A DNA stretch of 63,485 bases, the filler included, from Choristocarpus tenellus KU-1152 (taxonomy: Eukaryota > Protista > Phaeophyceae), in NCBI GenBank assembly GCA_964200185.2. It is 10 parts of 10 records of this genome, joined end to end, with 100 filler letters (N's around TTAATTAATTAA, not from the genome) between each part and the next. Parts side by side here need not be neighbours in the genome. Positions count along the whole stretch, not along the records: positions 37,010 to 48,723 come from CAXNAD020002171.1; positions 48,824 to 58,385 come from CAXNAD020003576.1; 8 more parts are not named here. One strand, written 5' to 3'. The first letter of the stretch is position 1. Each line of letters starts with the position of its first letter. Shown piece by piece: positions 36,910 through 50,044 of the stretch. A program made the translations under genes and the position numbers. A model generated the notes under the pieces. That model was not told the origin of the DNA. It made no database searches and worked only from the letters and a program-made list of their open reading frames with translations.

Positions 36910-37600
36910 NNNNNNNNNNNNNNNNNNNNNNNNNNNNNNNNNNNNNNNNNNNNTTAATTAATTAANNNNNNNNNNNNNNNNNNNNNNNNNNNNNNNNNNN
37001 NNNNNNNNNGTCATCAGACACGTCAAAATGTGTCTGTGTCAGTCGCACTACGTCAGCCACTTGTATTGAACAATATAAGAAATCAATCCATCAAGACTCG
37101 AACCTGTGACCCTAAGCACACCAAATCAAATCCTTTACCCTTACTCTATTTAGTCAATACTTCTGTTGTATTCTACTGTTCACTAAAGATATAATTCTCT
37201 ATATAGTTCCTAGCCTATATTGCACTGTTCCGATCGACAGAATCCAGTAAAATCAGGGAATTTATGTCACGGTGCATGTACTATAGTCCTATACGCATCC
37301 TCTTAACCCTATGTTACAAGTCCTACTTGCCTTCCTGATTTATGGGCTCAAATAATCCCCCCAAGTATGACGAGCCGCACGTACTCTTATCCATTCATCT
37401 TTTCCTCAGCCTTTGCCTCCTCCTCTGTATCCTGCTTCGCTTACTCCTTTTGACCAACCTCTGCCTCATCCCTTGCCTCCTAACGCTTAACCGTCTTCCC
37501 GTCGTTTTTCCTCGTACTTTGCCTCGTAATTTGCCTATTCGTCCACCACTACAGAGATAACACGAGTCACAAGCATTGTGATCACTCCAGAAAAAACATC

Positions 37601-38901
37601 ATGTCCGAGCACGACCTTGACAAGTTCAAGTCCGAAACGAGTGCCACCCACGAGAGAGAAGTAGCTCTTCTCCAGACCCGTCCCAGAGGCATCGTAATCA
37701 CATGCACCACCCTCGGGGCAACCTCGATCCGGATCGTATCCAACTCCTCATGGACGAACTCTCCACCTTCCGCAATTTTGCGCTGGTGTAAACACCGGTA
37801 GCTGGTGGCGTATCCACGCCCATACCTTGTGGAAACCCCAAACCATCATGTGATGACAAGGAACAGTATAACCCATCGCCTAACCCTACAGTAGGTGCGG
37901 GAAGGGGGACTCTACATGGGGGAGGGCATCCAACCACGACCTTGGAACACCACTCTGAACGCGATGGGGACCGACTCGTTTGTAATGCTTTGTCAGATCC
38001 AGAGGAACTTGTACAGGAGGATGTGGGGGGGCGGCTAGGCACGGACTCAGAGTCCACGCCTGTCAAGAGTGACCCCGGAATGTCCCCAAACGCCCATTTG
38101 GTGGGCAGTGGCGGCAACGAGTCCAAGGTGCGAAGGAACACCTACGACGATACTGTGGGGTGAAGTGAGAACCACGCCCATGCCGATCCAACCCCAACAC
38201 CAAAGGACAAGCCTTCCAAGAAAGGTAAAGGAAAGGGAAAAGGATGATAATTAGGAAGAAGAGGTTGAGAGAAGGTGCTGGACGGATGAGACCCTTCAAA
38301 CAGCCTTGTGGTCCTGATGGCAGCGCATCAGAACCTGGCTTCTTTGCAGAGGTCTTCGCTTCTGTCAAAAAGGGCAGATACACAGTAAATACATGTTCAT
38401 CAACCTCGAGGTACGATGATGACGACGAAAGTCCTCGCATGGTGATGACGATTGCGTAACACAGGACGCGGCCGACTCCGGCGATGCATCCAATGTGGGG
38501 ATCACCGAAGCCTTCACGGAGGCTTGCATTCCTGAGCTCCTACAATCGGCAACAAAACCCACTTCTTCGCAGTATCGAGTGCAGACTCAAATCCTCACCC
38601 AAATCATATACGACCATGGGTTCAGGCTCATCAAGGCCGGCAAAGGAGCCATTTCTCTTGCTTTCGGGGATGATTGCTAAGTCCACTAGCCCACATAGGT
38701 TAAAATCAGCGATCGTGGAGGGAAGCCAGGCAACACGTCACGTCCCAAGCATGTGGAAGCACTCCAGGCGATGAAGGCCATCTTCTTGAGCCTCATGAAG
38801 CCCGAACCTTGGAACGACAGGTTCTCCACGCGCCTAAATCTCTGGCACCTTCTTGTCGAGGCATACCCTAAGCTTGTAGAGTGGTGGGAGAAGAGTGAGT
38901 A
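37601..38901 (+). pseudogene. Decayed long ORF of unknown function, possibly a transposon accessory gene
   Basis: Consecutive plus-strand ORF pieces (37601, 37942, 38244, 38495) with GC-richer, coding-like composition, ending ...LWHLLVEAYPKLVEWWEKSE*. Several stops and frameshifts. Confidence 0.4.
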
Positions 38902-39204
38902 ATTCAATTTTGAGTCCGCCCACGAATCGAAATAGGGGTTCCGTCGTTTCATTTCTTTGTTGAAGTACGGATCGAGTTACAAGGCACACTAATTTGTGCA
39001 TCAGTGTACCTTGCCTTGGTGTCGGACTACCATATTCATGCACTTTCCATTCGATGGATTAAGCATTTAGATAGTGGTATCGGATACACTACTACCAGTC
39101 AGAGGTGTCAGTGTATCATATATGATACTCATGTTGAGGATTAGGCCTGTGTTATTATTTGTTAAAAAGAGAGCGTGTCCAATACAAGGTTTAGACTACT
39201 AAAA

Positions 39205-39461
39205 GAATCAAAGTATCTTAGAGGGTAGAGCCCCGTCCAATTGAGGGGCAAAATCCAATTTTGCGATTTCGATGTAATTTTGGCTATCGTATTTGTTAGG
39301 AGGTGTCAATATCCTTGTTCTGGTCTCACCTTTTCATAACGCATACATTTTACCTACTCCGAAACATTATGAAGTAGGAAAATGTCATAAAGAAAAATAT
39401 GGGAAGCAAGCCCCACAAGACAAACAGGGCAATACTTGTAACATCTAAGATATTTCCACTC
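39205..39461 (+). mobile_element. MITE family B full, more diverged copy
   Basis: GAATCAAAGTATCTTAGAGGGTAG...CTAAGATATTTCCACTC. Confidence 0.85.
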
Positions 39462-40813
39462 GGAATCGTGTGAGGCTCCATACCTTCTTGTCTTCACTAC
39501 GGATCAAATAGCAATACCTTCCAAGGATAATTGCACAGGGTCTGCTCCACAAAGCTCAATCCTTGTCCTCACCTCTCAAGTGTGTTTCACTCACTTCCAG
39601 AGAGGTGTGTTGGACATCAAAGGTTTTGTTTTTGGGAAAGGAGAAGAAGAACAGGGTGAACATATTGACATTGGTGTTAAGACGGAAAAGTAATCCAATT
39701 TTGTGGATCTGACACCATTCTATTCATATCAAGAAAATGCATGGTGTTCGCAGATTAGTCCAAACACAAATCTAGGTACCTGCTACATCGAGAGGAAACT
39801 CGTGAGTGAACACATATTCCAATTTCCAATGTTGAAAAAATAATTTTTGATGATATTACAACATAGTAGCAGCAATATTAGTGTTATTTGTAAAACATAG
39901 GTTTCCTAGTACTTCCATATTTTTTACTTGTTAGTGGTTGATGTACCATTCCATTGTCCGCCATGTTTTGCATCTATTGATTGATAAGTTGATGAGATGG
40001 AGGACATGATCGAGGCTCAGTACAAAATAAGTACACCCTCGAATAGAAATGATTTCACTCTTCTCAATCACATCTTAACTTCAGGATCGTTTGTATGACT
40101 ACCAATGGATTATGATGAACATATATGTATGTATGTATTTACATGTCATAGAGTCGTAGTCATCTTCAACTATTGCTAATTGGATTGGAGTGACAGGAGA
40201 TCGTTTACCAAAGTGTCCTTTTTATTTTTTATTTCAAAATGGATCAACAAATGTGTCATCCCCAGAGTGAGTACTCTGATTGTACATCTACAATACCCAT
40301 CCGTGTACTAATATCATATTTTTTCTTGCAATTCTAATTCATAGAAAAACGCCGGATCAAGGTGAAGGTGGAAATTCTTCGATGGGTTCAAACAGAGTGG
40401 TGATATTTCCCATATAGTGTTAGCAGTCGCCTCTGGGATGAGACCAATCTTGATTTTTTTGAAAGGGTTGCCCAACGAGTCAGACGATGATGAGCATATC
40501 TAAAGAAAGCTCTGGAACTAAGCTATCACTGGTGCGATGGAATTTGTTCTGAAATATTTTTTTTGTAAGGTTAATTTCTAACCGATTGTGTTTAGCACAA
40601 CCTTGGAAGTGTCCCGTAGTGCATTATCACCACAAAACATATTTTTATGAAAGAATTCCTTTGGACCAGTTCATAGCTTAGATCCAAAGGGTTTTTTTTA
40701 TATGACTATCGTCGATTAACTCGTTGTACAACCCATTAAAAAAAAAAGATTGGTCACCACCGAAACGGTACGTTTGCTAGCCTCGGCTTAGTACTGTTTA
40801 GTGTCACTCACAG

Positions 40814-41134
40814 GACAGGATTCTGGTTGATCGTCTTGGAGGACATTGCTTGATGCTTCCAAAGTACCACTGTGAATTGAACCCGATAGAGATAGTCTGG
40901 GGGTGGGCTAAGTACTACGTACGAGTCCATTGTGACTACACATTGCATGGAATGAGAGCCAACATTCCTGTCGGTCTTAAGGAGGAAGGGGGGTTGTCCA
41001 GAGGAATTGGGGAGAGGTTCTTCAAGATGAGTATTGCATACCACCTGATATATTCCAACGAGAAAGGTATGCAGTGCACTAAATTGGACAGGGTGTACAA
41101 GAAATGTAAGTCTCACAGGAGGCCTGCACCTTGA
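40814..41134 (+). mobile_element. C-terminal exon of an IS630/Tc1/mariner-superfamily (DDE_3-type) transposase
   Basis: After a CAG acceptor: GGHCLMLPKYHCELNPIEIVWGWAKYYVRVHCDY...KKCKSHRR. PxYxxxLNPIExxW carries the catalytic E. Confidence 0.85.
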
Positions 41135-41393
41135 GAATATCTCATTTGACTTGGCATGGATTGTCTGATTAAGAGGCCTGGCCTCCCATAAGTGAGCCTT
41201 AGCCAGCAGGTGACAACATGGCATAAACGGGAAATAATGAAAAGAGAATGGAGAGACAACAACGCTCATGTTCTCCGGGTGAAGATGGGCTCTTCTGGAG
41301 TCAAAATCATCATTAACTGCGCGGTTTACGCGCATCGCGTGGCAACCCCGCGCGAACTACTTGATTTAAGTACGGTCCTGTATTTTTCACGAT

Positions 41394-41577
41394 TACTGCA
41401 AGTTGACCAACCGAGACCCATCAAGTAAGGTTAAGCATGCTGATGCGATTACATCAAACGATTTTTCATGAAAAAATTGTTGTTGATACTGCAAGTTGAC
41501 CAACCGAGACCCATCAAGTAAGGTTAAGCATGCTGATGCGATTACATCAAATGATTTTTCATGAAAAAAATGTTGAT
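41394..41577. repeat. 93-bp tandem duplication downstream of the transposase
   Basis: TACTGCAAGTTGACCAACCGAGACCCATCAAG...ATGAAAAAA at 41394 and 41487, near-identical. Confidence 0.9.
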
Positions 41578-43542
41578 CAAAAGTTATGGCGCGACAAAGT
41601 TGATGCAGGAGGCGACTGCCAACACTATAGGGACAAATCGTTTCTACATCTTGATAAAATGGTTAGTGATATCTACAAATAATGCGTATTACATGCTAAC
41701 CAAAAAAGTTTATCTCGCCAAATCGTTTTTTTTTTGTGCATCATTGATCAACATTAAGTTATACTTGGTATATGATTTAAGGTGAAGATTCTTCTTGTAG
41801 AAATAATTTGTATATCTTTACCACTCCTTCAACCTTCTCATTAAATAAAAGTAGTAAAGATATTTCTGTACTGATTTTTGACGTATAAACGAGTTCGACA
41901 ATGATTTGAGTGATGTGTGAAACTTAGGGTTAGAGGTCTCCTAATAACACAATGATAGTAGTATCATATATAAATCTCATTGTGCTACATACAGTATTAT
42001 TTAGTATTACTACATAATTATGTTATTATCCCTCTGACATATTTGGAGATGATGTGTCAAAGAAAAGCCAATTCAATTTCATAAGGAACACAATAGTTGT
42101 CGTACATGTGTGAAAGATATCTCTCCAAAATCTGTTTACTATTTGAACACCAGTTATACTACACACCACTCCCATAATAAAAGGTCGCAATTACAATGTG
42201 ATGGCTATAGTCTACCAATAGTATATACATGGAATAATACAGGGTAACAGATTTTTTTTTTAACATCTAAACTAATTTACTAAAAACTTGTGTTGGGAAG
42301 ATTCAATGTGTAGAATGTAAGAATAAAAGCATTTCGACAAGACCGATGGAAAATTATGGTTTTGAGTGAGTAAATGATATATTTCTCTATACGTTTCTAT
42401 TTCCACATGACAGGTCGTGCACTTTCCAACCTATGTGCCACGCGCGAAGATTCAATTTCAAAAACCCTGAAAGCGGGATTTAGGATCATGTTGAGACCCT
42501 ATCACTCTTGTATCTGCACTCATTAGAAAATTCCACCCCACTCCCTCTTTTTCTTCTTGATCCAGCCATGGTTCCTAATTAATTGTTGATAGCGGTTTTG
42601 GTGTTTTCAAGGGTGTGTTGCAAGGTGTATGTCCTCCCCTTTCCTTGGTAATAATATGTGTAATAGTAGTAGTACTACCGCTATACCTACCTGGATGTCC
42701 CCCCATTCACATATCATCTGTAAGGTGATTAGAGCGGTTCATGTCATTTTTGTGTGTCCAATTTCAGACTTCTGGGCTGTCGTTTCTCGTCTACTGCACT
42801 CGACGTGTACATTATTCTGTGTATACTAACTGGACAAGAAGAATGTAGTACTTTCAAGACCTAACATAGTCAATGACAACACATTCATGCGAGGATGACG
42901 AAAGCCAAAAAACGACCTTGTTAATGCAATCTATATACGTTCAACCGATTACATTCTCCAACCACACCTCCAGCATGATGTCTTAAAAACCCAACCGAAT
43001 AAACTAATCAATCACGTACTTCACATACAGGTAATGGTCGGACGCACGTTCCCTATGTAGAACTTGACATCCTTCTCTGATTCAAGAGCGGAGACAAACG
43101 AACACTGATCGCAGGTATCACTCCCCCTACGTCCCACATTGTTAAATATTATATTCCATATTTGAAGTTGGAGGTTGCTCTTTTTTTTAAATGAAGCCAG
43201 CAATTCTTTCTGGTCCAACCCAAGCACAGATATAAGAAAAGTCTCACACCTCTCTTGTGGTGGTGATAGGGCGACGATAAATCCCCGTCCTCGGCGTATT
43301 CTTGAAAAAACACTTTGGCTCCAAGAGTCAAGGTAACCATACACAACAACCCGTAAATTCCTACCCAACATCGACACATCGATACGATCCTCTTCAGTAC
43401 GCCCCACCCTCACATTCCGACCAGATAGATATCAGGCACTACTACCAAACTACCTTTTACTTAAAATATTGTGACGGGTCTAGTTCATCGTTGTCGTCGC
43501 ACATACAATCCCTCACATACTTCCAAGTACGAAGCAAACGCG

Positions 43543-45864
43543 ATGACCATGCCCAGAACAGCAGTCGTGTTAGGGGGTCTCTTCCTCGGCTTGAGCTCTA
43601 CTCTCACTGGTCTGTCATGAGGAAGTTTCTGGCTTGGGTCATTGCTTCGTCAAATATTTGTTTCTCCTTCTGATCCACAATATCAGTGCAGTATTCTGGT
43701 TTCAAGACATTTGCCTCTCTCCCCTCTCTCCACACTTAGGTGCATGGGTGGAGGTTGCTGACAAGACGTCAGTTCTGTCTGTCACTGCGTCTGGTTCCGA
43801 TCTGCGGACGTTCAATGACAATGGTTGCGATCCAGCTGGTTGCATTCCGGAGAATACTCGGGTAAATATTATCGGGATCAGAGAGTGAGTGACCTGTGCC
43901 AGTAACAACGAACACAACAGATCGAGACTCGAGGTGTAAGGCGTTCAAGGGTACCTTTCTTCTTTTATGACCAACCCCTACCACACTTCTCAACAGGATG
44001 GGAGTCTTGATCCTCAGTCCAGGTGGTCGTGTTCCATTGTCGATCTTGGTGTGGATGAGTGCTCTATCACGTACACCTTTGCAACACCGCAACCTGTAGC
44101 TGGCTTCAGACTCGGTGAGAGTCAAGGGTTTGTTATATCATATCACTGGCTTGTTAAGACTCCTGAAATATCAGGGTACAATATGTCGCCTTGTCGAAAA
44201 CCTACCGAATGAAGTACAGACTTTCGTGTGAAGCCCTTGTCACATGTGGCGCTCGTTGCTCATACACGACCAACTCCTTGTACAATTCTTGACCCTCGCT
44301 TGCCCAAACGCTCATCACTTTTCGTGTTAATAGCATTTTACCTGGGCAATACACGCGAGCGTGAGTTCAACTTCTTTGCTGGCAACGTGAAGATCGGTGA
44401 AGGTGTGACCGACACTGACATCGTCGGATTGCAGCAGTACAGTGGTATTGAAAGGGATATCTTCCAGGTTGCCATCACCGATACCGTTACCATAGTTCAC
44501 GGATATGACTTCATCGAGGATTGGTTCAGCCCTACAGAGGTAATTGTTGAGAACAGGGCATAATGATTATGGAAAATGCATGATGTTTCTTCTTATTCTA
44601 CCAGCCATTCTTTCTTGAGAGTGTCCTACAGTTGTACAGTATATGCCACCACCACTGCTGGTGCTTGTATATCGTATATATTCCCTCCCCCCTCACGTAC
44701 TGCTACCTGCTCATTGACCCTCCGGCTTGTGGTACAATAAAGACAACATACCACACTTTTATACAGTCCATTTTTGCCCTCATCCAAACACGGTGCACTC
44801 ATTATTCGCTATCTATTAATTCCTGTTGGTGATCACACGAGGTGGAAATTCTTGTTATTGATGGTGACGAGCTAGATACAAGCAGCGTTGGCGTCTCTGC
44901 CACAGGATTTGATGACCGCACGACGTCAGGATGCCCCGGGATGTGCCTTCCTTCCAACACTTTGGTGCGTACAATTACCTCTATTTTTGTAAATTGAGGA
45001 CGGGAGAATACAACACTACGACAAGAATAACTAAGACGTCGTACAATTACTTCTAGACTACATGAATGGGATCGCGTAGTGGTCGCGTAGTCGATTGGAA
45101 TAGATATCGAGTAAACTGCAGGGTGAGCGTACAGCAGCAGCGAGCAAGAACTAGCAACCACAATACTTAAACTACGATTTCCTATTGCTGTACTTCCACA
45201 TTACCATTCCAACAAAAATTGACTATTGCATACCTCCATCTGTGCGCAGGATGGCGACTTTGAAAACGATGCCAGCCGCTGGTCGTGCTTGAATGCTGAT
45301 GCCACGGGGGGCTTGTGCAGTATCACATACACCTTCCCAAGCCCCCAAGATCTCAACAGTATCCTCGTTTGTAAGTCACTCCTTCAATATATTGCAAATA
45401 ACCACACTCATGAAGACGGACGGAAAAACATGTTCGATATGCTGAGTGCGATCTATGTGCCTTCACCATACACTACGCAGCATAAAATGCAGAGCTTTGC
45501 CACGTATAAAATAGGGGTATGCAATTGACTGTTGACCTTCGTTTAATAAGCCTCAATCAGACACTGGCCAATAAGGACCGTGTCTCACCATGACCAACCC
45601 CAACGCCCACACTTTTTTTTGCTCTCATTGTTGTGCATCCACGCGTCTTCCTCAGCCTTCTATAGGGGTGACGAACGTATCCGCTCCTTGGACGCGATCA
45701 TCAACGGTGTGTCAGTTGGTGTCTTCCGCAGCAATTCGTTTAGTGATGCTAACCTGGAGGAGATTGTTGTTGACCAAAGCGGTGTCACCACTGTGGAACT
45801 CGTTGCCTTCGATCTTGGGACGGAATGGCTTAGCATCAAGGAGACGAAATTCTATGTAGGCTGA
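43543..45864 (+). CDS. Secreted protein (about 321 aa): signal peptide plus two tandem brown-algal galactose-binding-like (F5/8 type C/CBM32-like) domains
   Basis: Exons 43543-43609, 43740-43861, 43997-44114, 44334-44539, 44842-44964, 45250-45370 and 45656-45864, all phase-consistent. N-terminal MTMPRTAVVLGGLFLGLSSTLTGA, then two repeats of DxRT..GC...C.PxNTxDG...SRWSC...CSITYTFxxPQ...FYxGxxR...WxSxxE. Confidence 0.9.
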
Positions 45865-48531
45865 CAAGAGGAAGTTGGGTGCACAGGCTACCTAAGGCTG
45901 ATGTTGCTAGTGCTGCCATACTCCGAATAGAAGGGTACCTCTGCCTGGACATGGGCCATGTTTTGCTCTTCACATCTCACGGTTTATACTATGTGATGGA
46001 AATGTCAACTTCTTCGTTACAACCTTTGCGCGTTTTTTGCAGTATTTATTTTTGTGCTTCTTGAAGTCATGGTCACCATCGTCATAATCACTAATGTGGC
46101 GTTCCTGTCTTCCTATCTAAATGAAAACCTAACAGGACAACTATATTTGGATCAGTATGGTGGTTGGGTAGTGGGAACCTCACCATCCAAGTACAGAAAT
46201 ACATGCTCTGTGGGAGTAAATATATGCCTGTATCGACACAGTGCTGTAGGCCTGAATGCGCTTGGCAGTGTGTGTATCAGACGGCGATTATATGTTTTTT
46301 GAACAACTGGACGTGTAGGTACTTGTAGAATTCCTTCAAGATTTTGCTTGTACTTTAACATAGATTTAGAAATATTGAACAATTGAGTACTCTGGAAAAT
46401 CAGGATTCCTACAAAACTAATATGTATAGTTCATGCGAAGATATCATTCTTCTCAGGAAGAATATCAACTGCATCGATAATATTTCAACGAGGTCAACAC
46501 CACCACCACCACCTTACTCTTCGTCCAGTGTATTTTCCAGGGCACCATCATCTGCATGTCGTCTAAATGCGCAACAACACAGAGATAGAATAAGTCATTT
46601 TCAGAAATTTCGCCATTCGGTGCTGCAATGGCACCTGTGAGATTGTGACCCACAGTGGTCTCTCGATGGATACTGTGTTGGCCTTGTTCTCACATTTTGA
46701 TTATATGTTGATGATGCTCCTTGTTCTTTGAGTAATGAGAACGTCGAAAGAACAGATGAATGTGACCCTGTAACTACAGCATATTATCTCAGTTAAAAAC
46801 CGATGAAAATCGAGATTGACAAAAGCGAAAACAACTGAGGGAGCCTGTTCGTGTGTCTCATGTCCTTGGCTTTCTCCTAAGTCAGTGTCTAGCTGGAACC
46901 AGATCTTCGTGTACACTTGCTCTCTTTCTTCCTGGTGCCTATCCACGTTCATATACTTGTGAATAGTTTACGCGTTAGTGATGAGCAGTCCGTACAACTC
47001 TCTATAAATTGTCCGACCAACACCTACTACATAGTAAGTGAGTAACAGGTGCAAGGGTTGTGTCTATATTTGATGAGGAGGTGTCAGCTACTCTTCTCTC
47101 GATGCTTCAATCAGTGCTTAGCTCAATGCTTGACTTGATGTTCTTAGTCGAGATAAAAGAGTGGGCCAAGAGATACAATGAGTGGCATTCAAAGTATTCA
47201 TTATTTCCAGATTCTACAGACTACAAATTGAAAGACATCTGCCAACCGTTGTGTACGTACTCAAATTACAAATCTTTATTCTGCAACTCCCAGGAATTGA
47301 CGTCTATCCTGTGAGGTTATGTATACATTTCGAATCTTGTACTCTGCATCTTCTATCAATTCAAAGTTCCTCTTTTAAGAATTCTTACGTATGTACACTG
47401 TTCGCGCATGTTTGCACGCGGAAAGAAATGCTCGCGCTATTCGCCTGTAACAAAAGCAGATTTCGTCCAAAACAGGAGAAACACTGGACAGCATGGTCAA
47501 TTGTAGTAGATACTATCTGGACTGTAGGTTACGGCAGGATGAAATGGACCCACGGTCACCGTGGTACGGTTGAGGAATTCTGACGGTATATGCACAGTTT
47601 TGTAAATGTCTCCACGGTTGCCAACGGTCCAGTTGTAGATTCCCAACAGTAGGGTTGTGGTATAAACTACCCGTGGACATTTTCCCAACCGTAATTGTAA
47701 CTGTGAAACAACCGCGATTGTACCACAGTTTTTCTAACTGTGTAGACCTCCAGGACCCTGAGAGATATCGATGTACTCCATCACAATCTAAACATGCACA
47801 CAGCGCACGAATTGAAGTAGCAGAGGATGAAGCGATACTGGGTCAAGAATGGACAAGAATGTCTATCTAGAAGTATCTATGCTCCTAAGCTTGAAAGGGA
47901 AACTAGAAATGGACATCTCGCAATTACGATAACTATATTTCTTATGTCCCACCCATATGTGGCTATCAACTGTGGACCCCCGTTTCGTCGTCTTAAGATC
48001 ATTGGATTGGAGTTGCACATCCTGTGGAAGTGAGTTCTGGAGCGTGTTGTAACATGGAGGTCCTACCGAGACTTCCACATTGTAACACTCTGTCTCTGTC
48101 CCAAGAAATTCTGGACGAAATGATTACTTGTTGCACTTTCCTACCAGAACTTTCTTCCTTATTAGGTGTCTGCAAAACTTCCACCCTCATCTCACAATCT
48201 TCCAACTAACCCCTTTTGTTTCCATTCATCTGTCATCATATCATCATACCACCACAAGGGCTTCTCATCTTCCAGGACGGTTTTTAGACCATCTCGGACT
48301 GGTGGTGACCTCTTTTCTGTCCAACAATTTGTTGAGGATCATTTACCCCACACCTTTGTTGACATCTCTTCCATCAGAACCAATTAATTGGGGATCCTTC
48401 ACCTCATACGTAATGGCAACTCTTCCATCAAAACAATTTGTCAAGGATCATTCACCCCCCTTCTGGTGGCATATCTTCCATCCAACAATTTCTTCAACCT
48501 ATATGAATCCCATAACCCTATCACACCTAAT

Positions 48532-48723
48532 GGCTCAAAGTATCTGGGGGAGGGAGGCGGGTGTCGATTTGGGGCCCATTCTTTTCATGTCGCAATTTTT
48601 GGGTAATTTGGTTGCACAAGTCGGATGGATAATATAAGTGCACTTTTCCTGGTTTTGACCCAAATGGGTCTCAAAGTATCTGGGAGGGGGTGGCGGCCGT
48701 CCATTTGGGGTCAATTTTTTCAT
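48532..48723 (+). mobile_element. Two nested or tandem MITE family A copies at contig end
   Basis: The first copy (48532-48667) is interrupted by a new left terminus, GTCTCAAAGTATCTGGGAGGGGG. Confidence 0.85.
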
Positions 48724-48823
48724 NNNNNNNNNNNNNNNNNNNNNNNNNNNNNNNNNNNNNNNNNNNNTTAATTAATTAANNNNNNNNNNNNNNNNNNNNN
48801 NNNNNNNNNNNNNNNNNNNNNNN

Positions 48824-49994
48824 CGCCCCCCCCCCCAGTGTTCCTGTTCGCCTCTCCTTCAGGCTGCACTCGCCCCCCTGGTTTCTCCTCCTCCTGCAGT
48901 CCTTTGTACTCATTATTACTATCATCATCATCATCATCATCATCATTATCAGCAACGCTTTTGCCTTGACCCCCTGAACTCTCAATGTTCTCATCCTTTG
49001 TTTCACCTGTTCGGGATGCTGTGGTGGGCAGCCGAGGCGGAAGGAGTACCTAAAAAAGAAGGCGTCATTGTCGATACCGTTATCGTGTGAGGGGCAGGGG
49101 ACGGGGGGAGGGGGGGACGGGGAGGGGGGGAGAATCTGCACCTGAAACAAATAAAAAAGAACATTTGATATTTATTTGTTATTTATTTGTTACTTGTTAC
49201 TTGTACACGCATTTTATTTCTTTTAGGATCACAGCTCAATCGCTTTCACACATCATATATATATATATTCCTATTATTATTACCACAGGTAAAAAAAAAA
49301 CAAAAAAAAACAATCGCTGTACTTACTCCAAGTGACTACTCCATTCAAACCTCAAATCACAAACGCACTCACACACACACACACAAAAGAAAATAAGAAA
49401 AAAAAAGACGACGTAAGAGTAGCGGTACACATCATCAAAACGAAAAACGCAAACTCCAATTTTTTTTTTCAAGTCAAAATGCCCAAACAGATACAAAAAC
49501 CACAACAAACCACAAAACAGCGATCATAAACAAAAGAAAAAACATATACTGTTCTTACTTTCCGCCGCAAGGCCCAACGCCCTCCCAACACACCTACAAA
49601 ACCATTCAAGGTGTTGCCATGATCAGCATCAATCCACCTCTCAATCTACAACCTAACACCTCATCACACAATGTTTGATGGCATGGACACAATCCATACA
49701 ACCTAACACTACATCCCCAGATTCCACGACCCCCCAACCAACTCTCTAGCCCTAACCCTAAGGAATGCTCCGTATGTGAAATAAAATTAAACTAACCAAC
49801 CAACTGCATGCTCTGGTTGCCTCTCACAATCCACAACAAAAAACAATATATATATATATATATATATGTATGACTTCATCATTATCAATATCAATATCAA
49901 TATCACGCCTTCCCATCCCCCCAGCCTCGGTTACTGCACCCACACTTACATTCCAATCACCCACTCACACACAAACACACACAAATACACACAC

Positions 49995-50044
<50 letters not shown>

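Noticed and set aside
36510-36965. ORFs ending in (GL)n or (RV)n
   Set aside because: Read-through into the telomeric array.
37085-37150. tRNA gene on the minus strand (B box GGTTCGAGTC)
   Set aside because: No intact cloverleaf; at most the decayed head of a tRNA-derived SINE.
40808-41335. 175-aa minus-strand ORF
   Set aside because: Antisense shadow of the plus-strand transposase exon.
43021-43413. 130-aa ORF divergent from the secreted-protein gene
   Set aside because: No recognisable motif or splice support; cannot be distinguished from a chance ORF.
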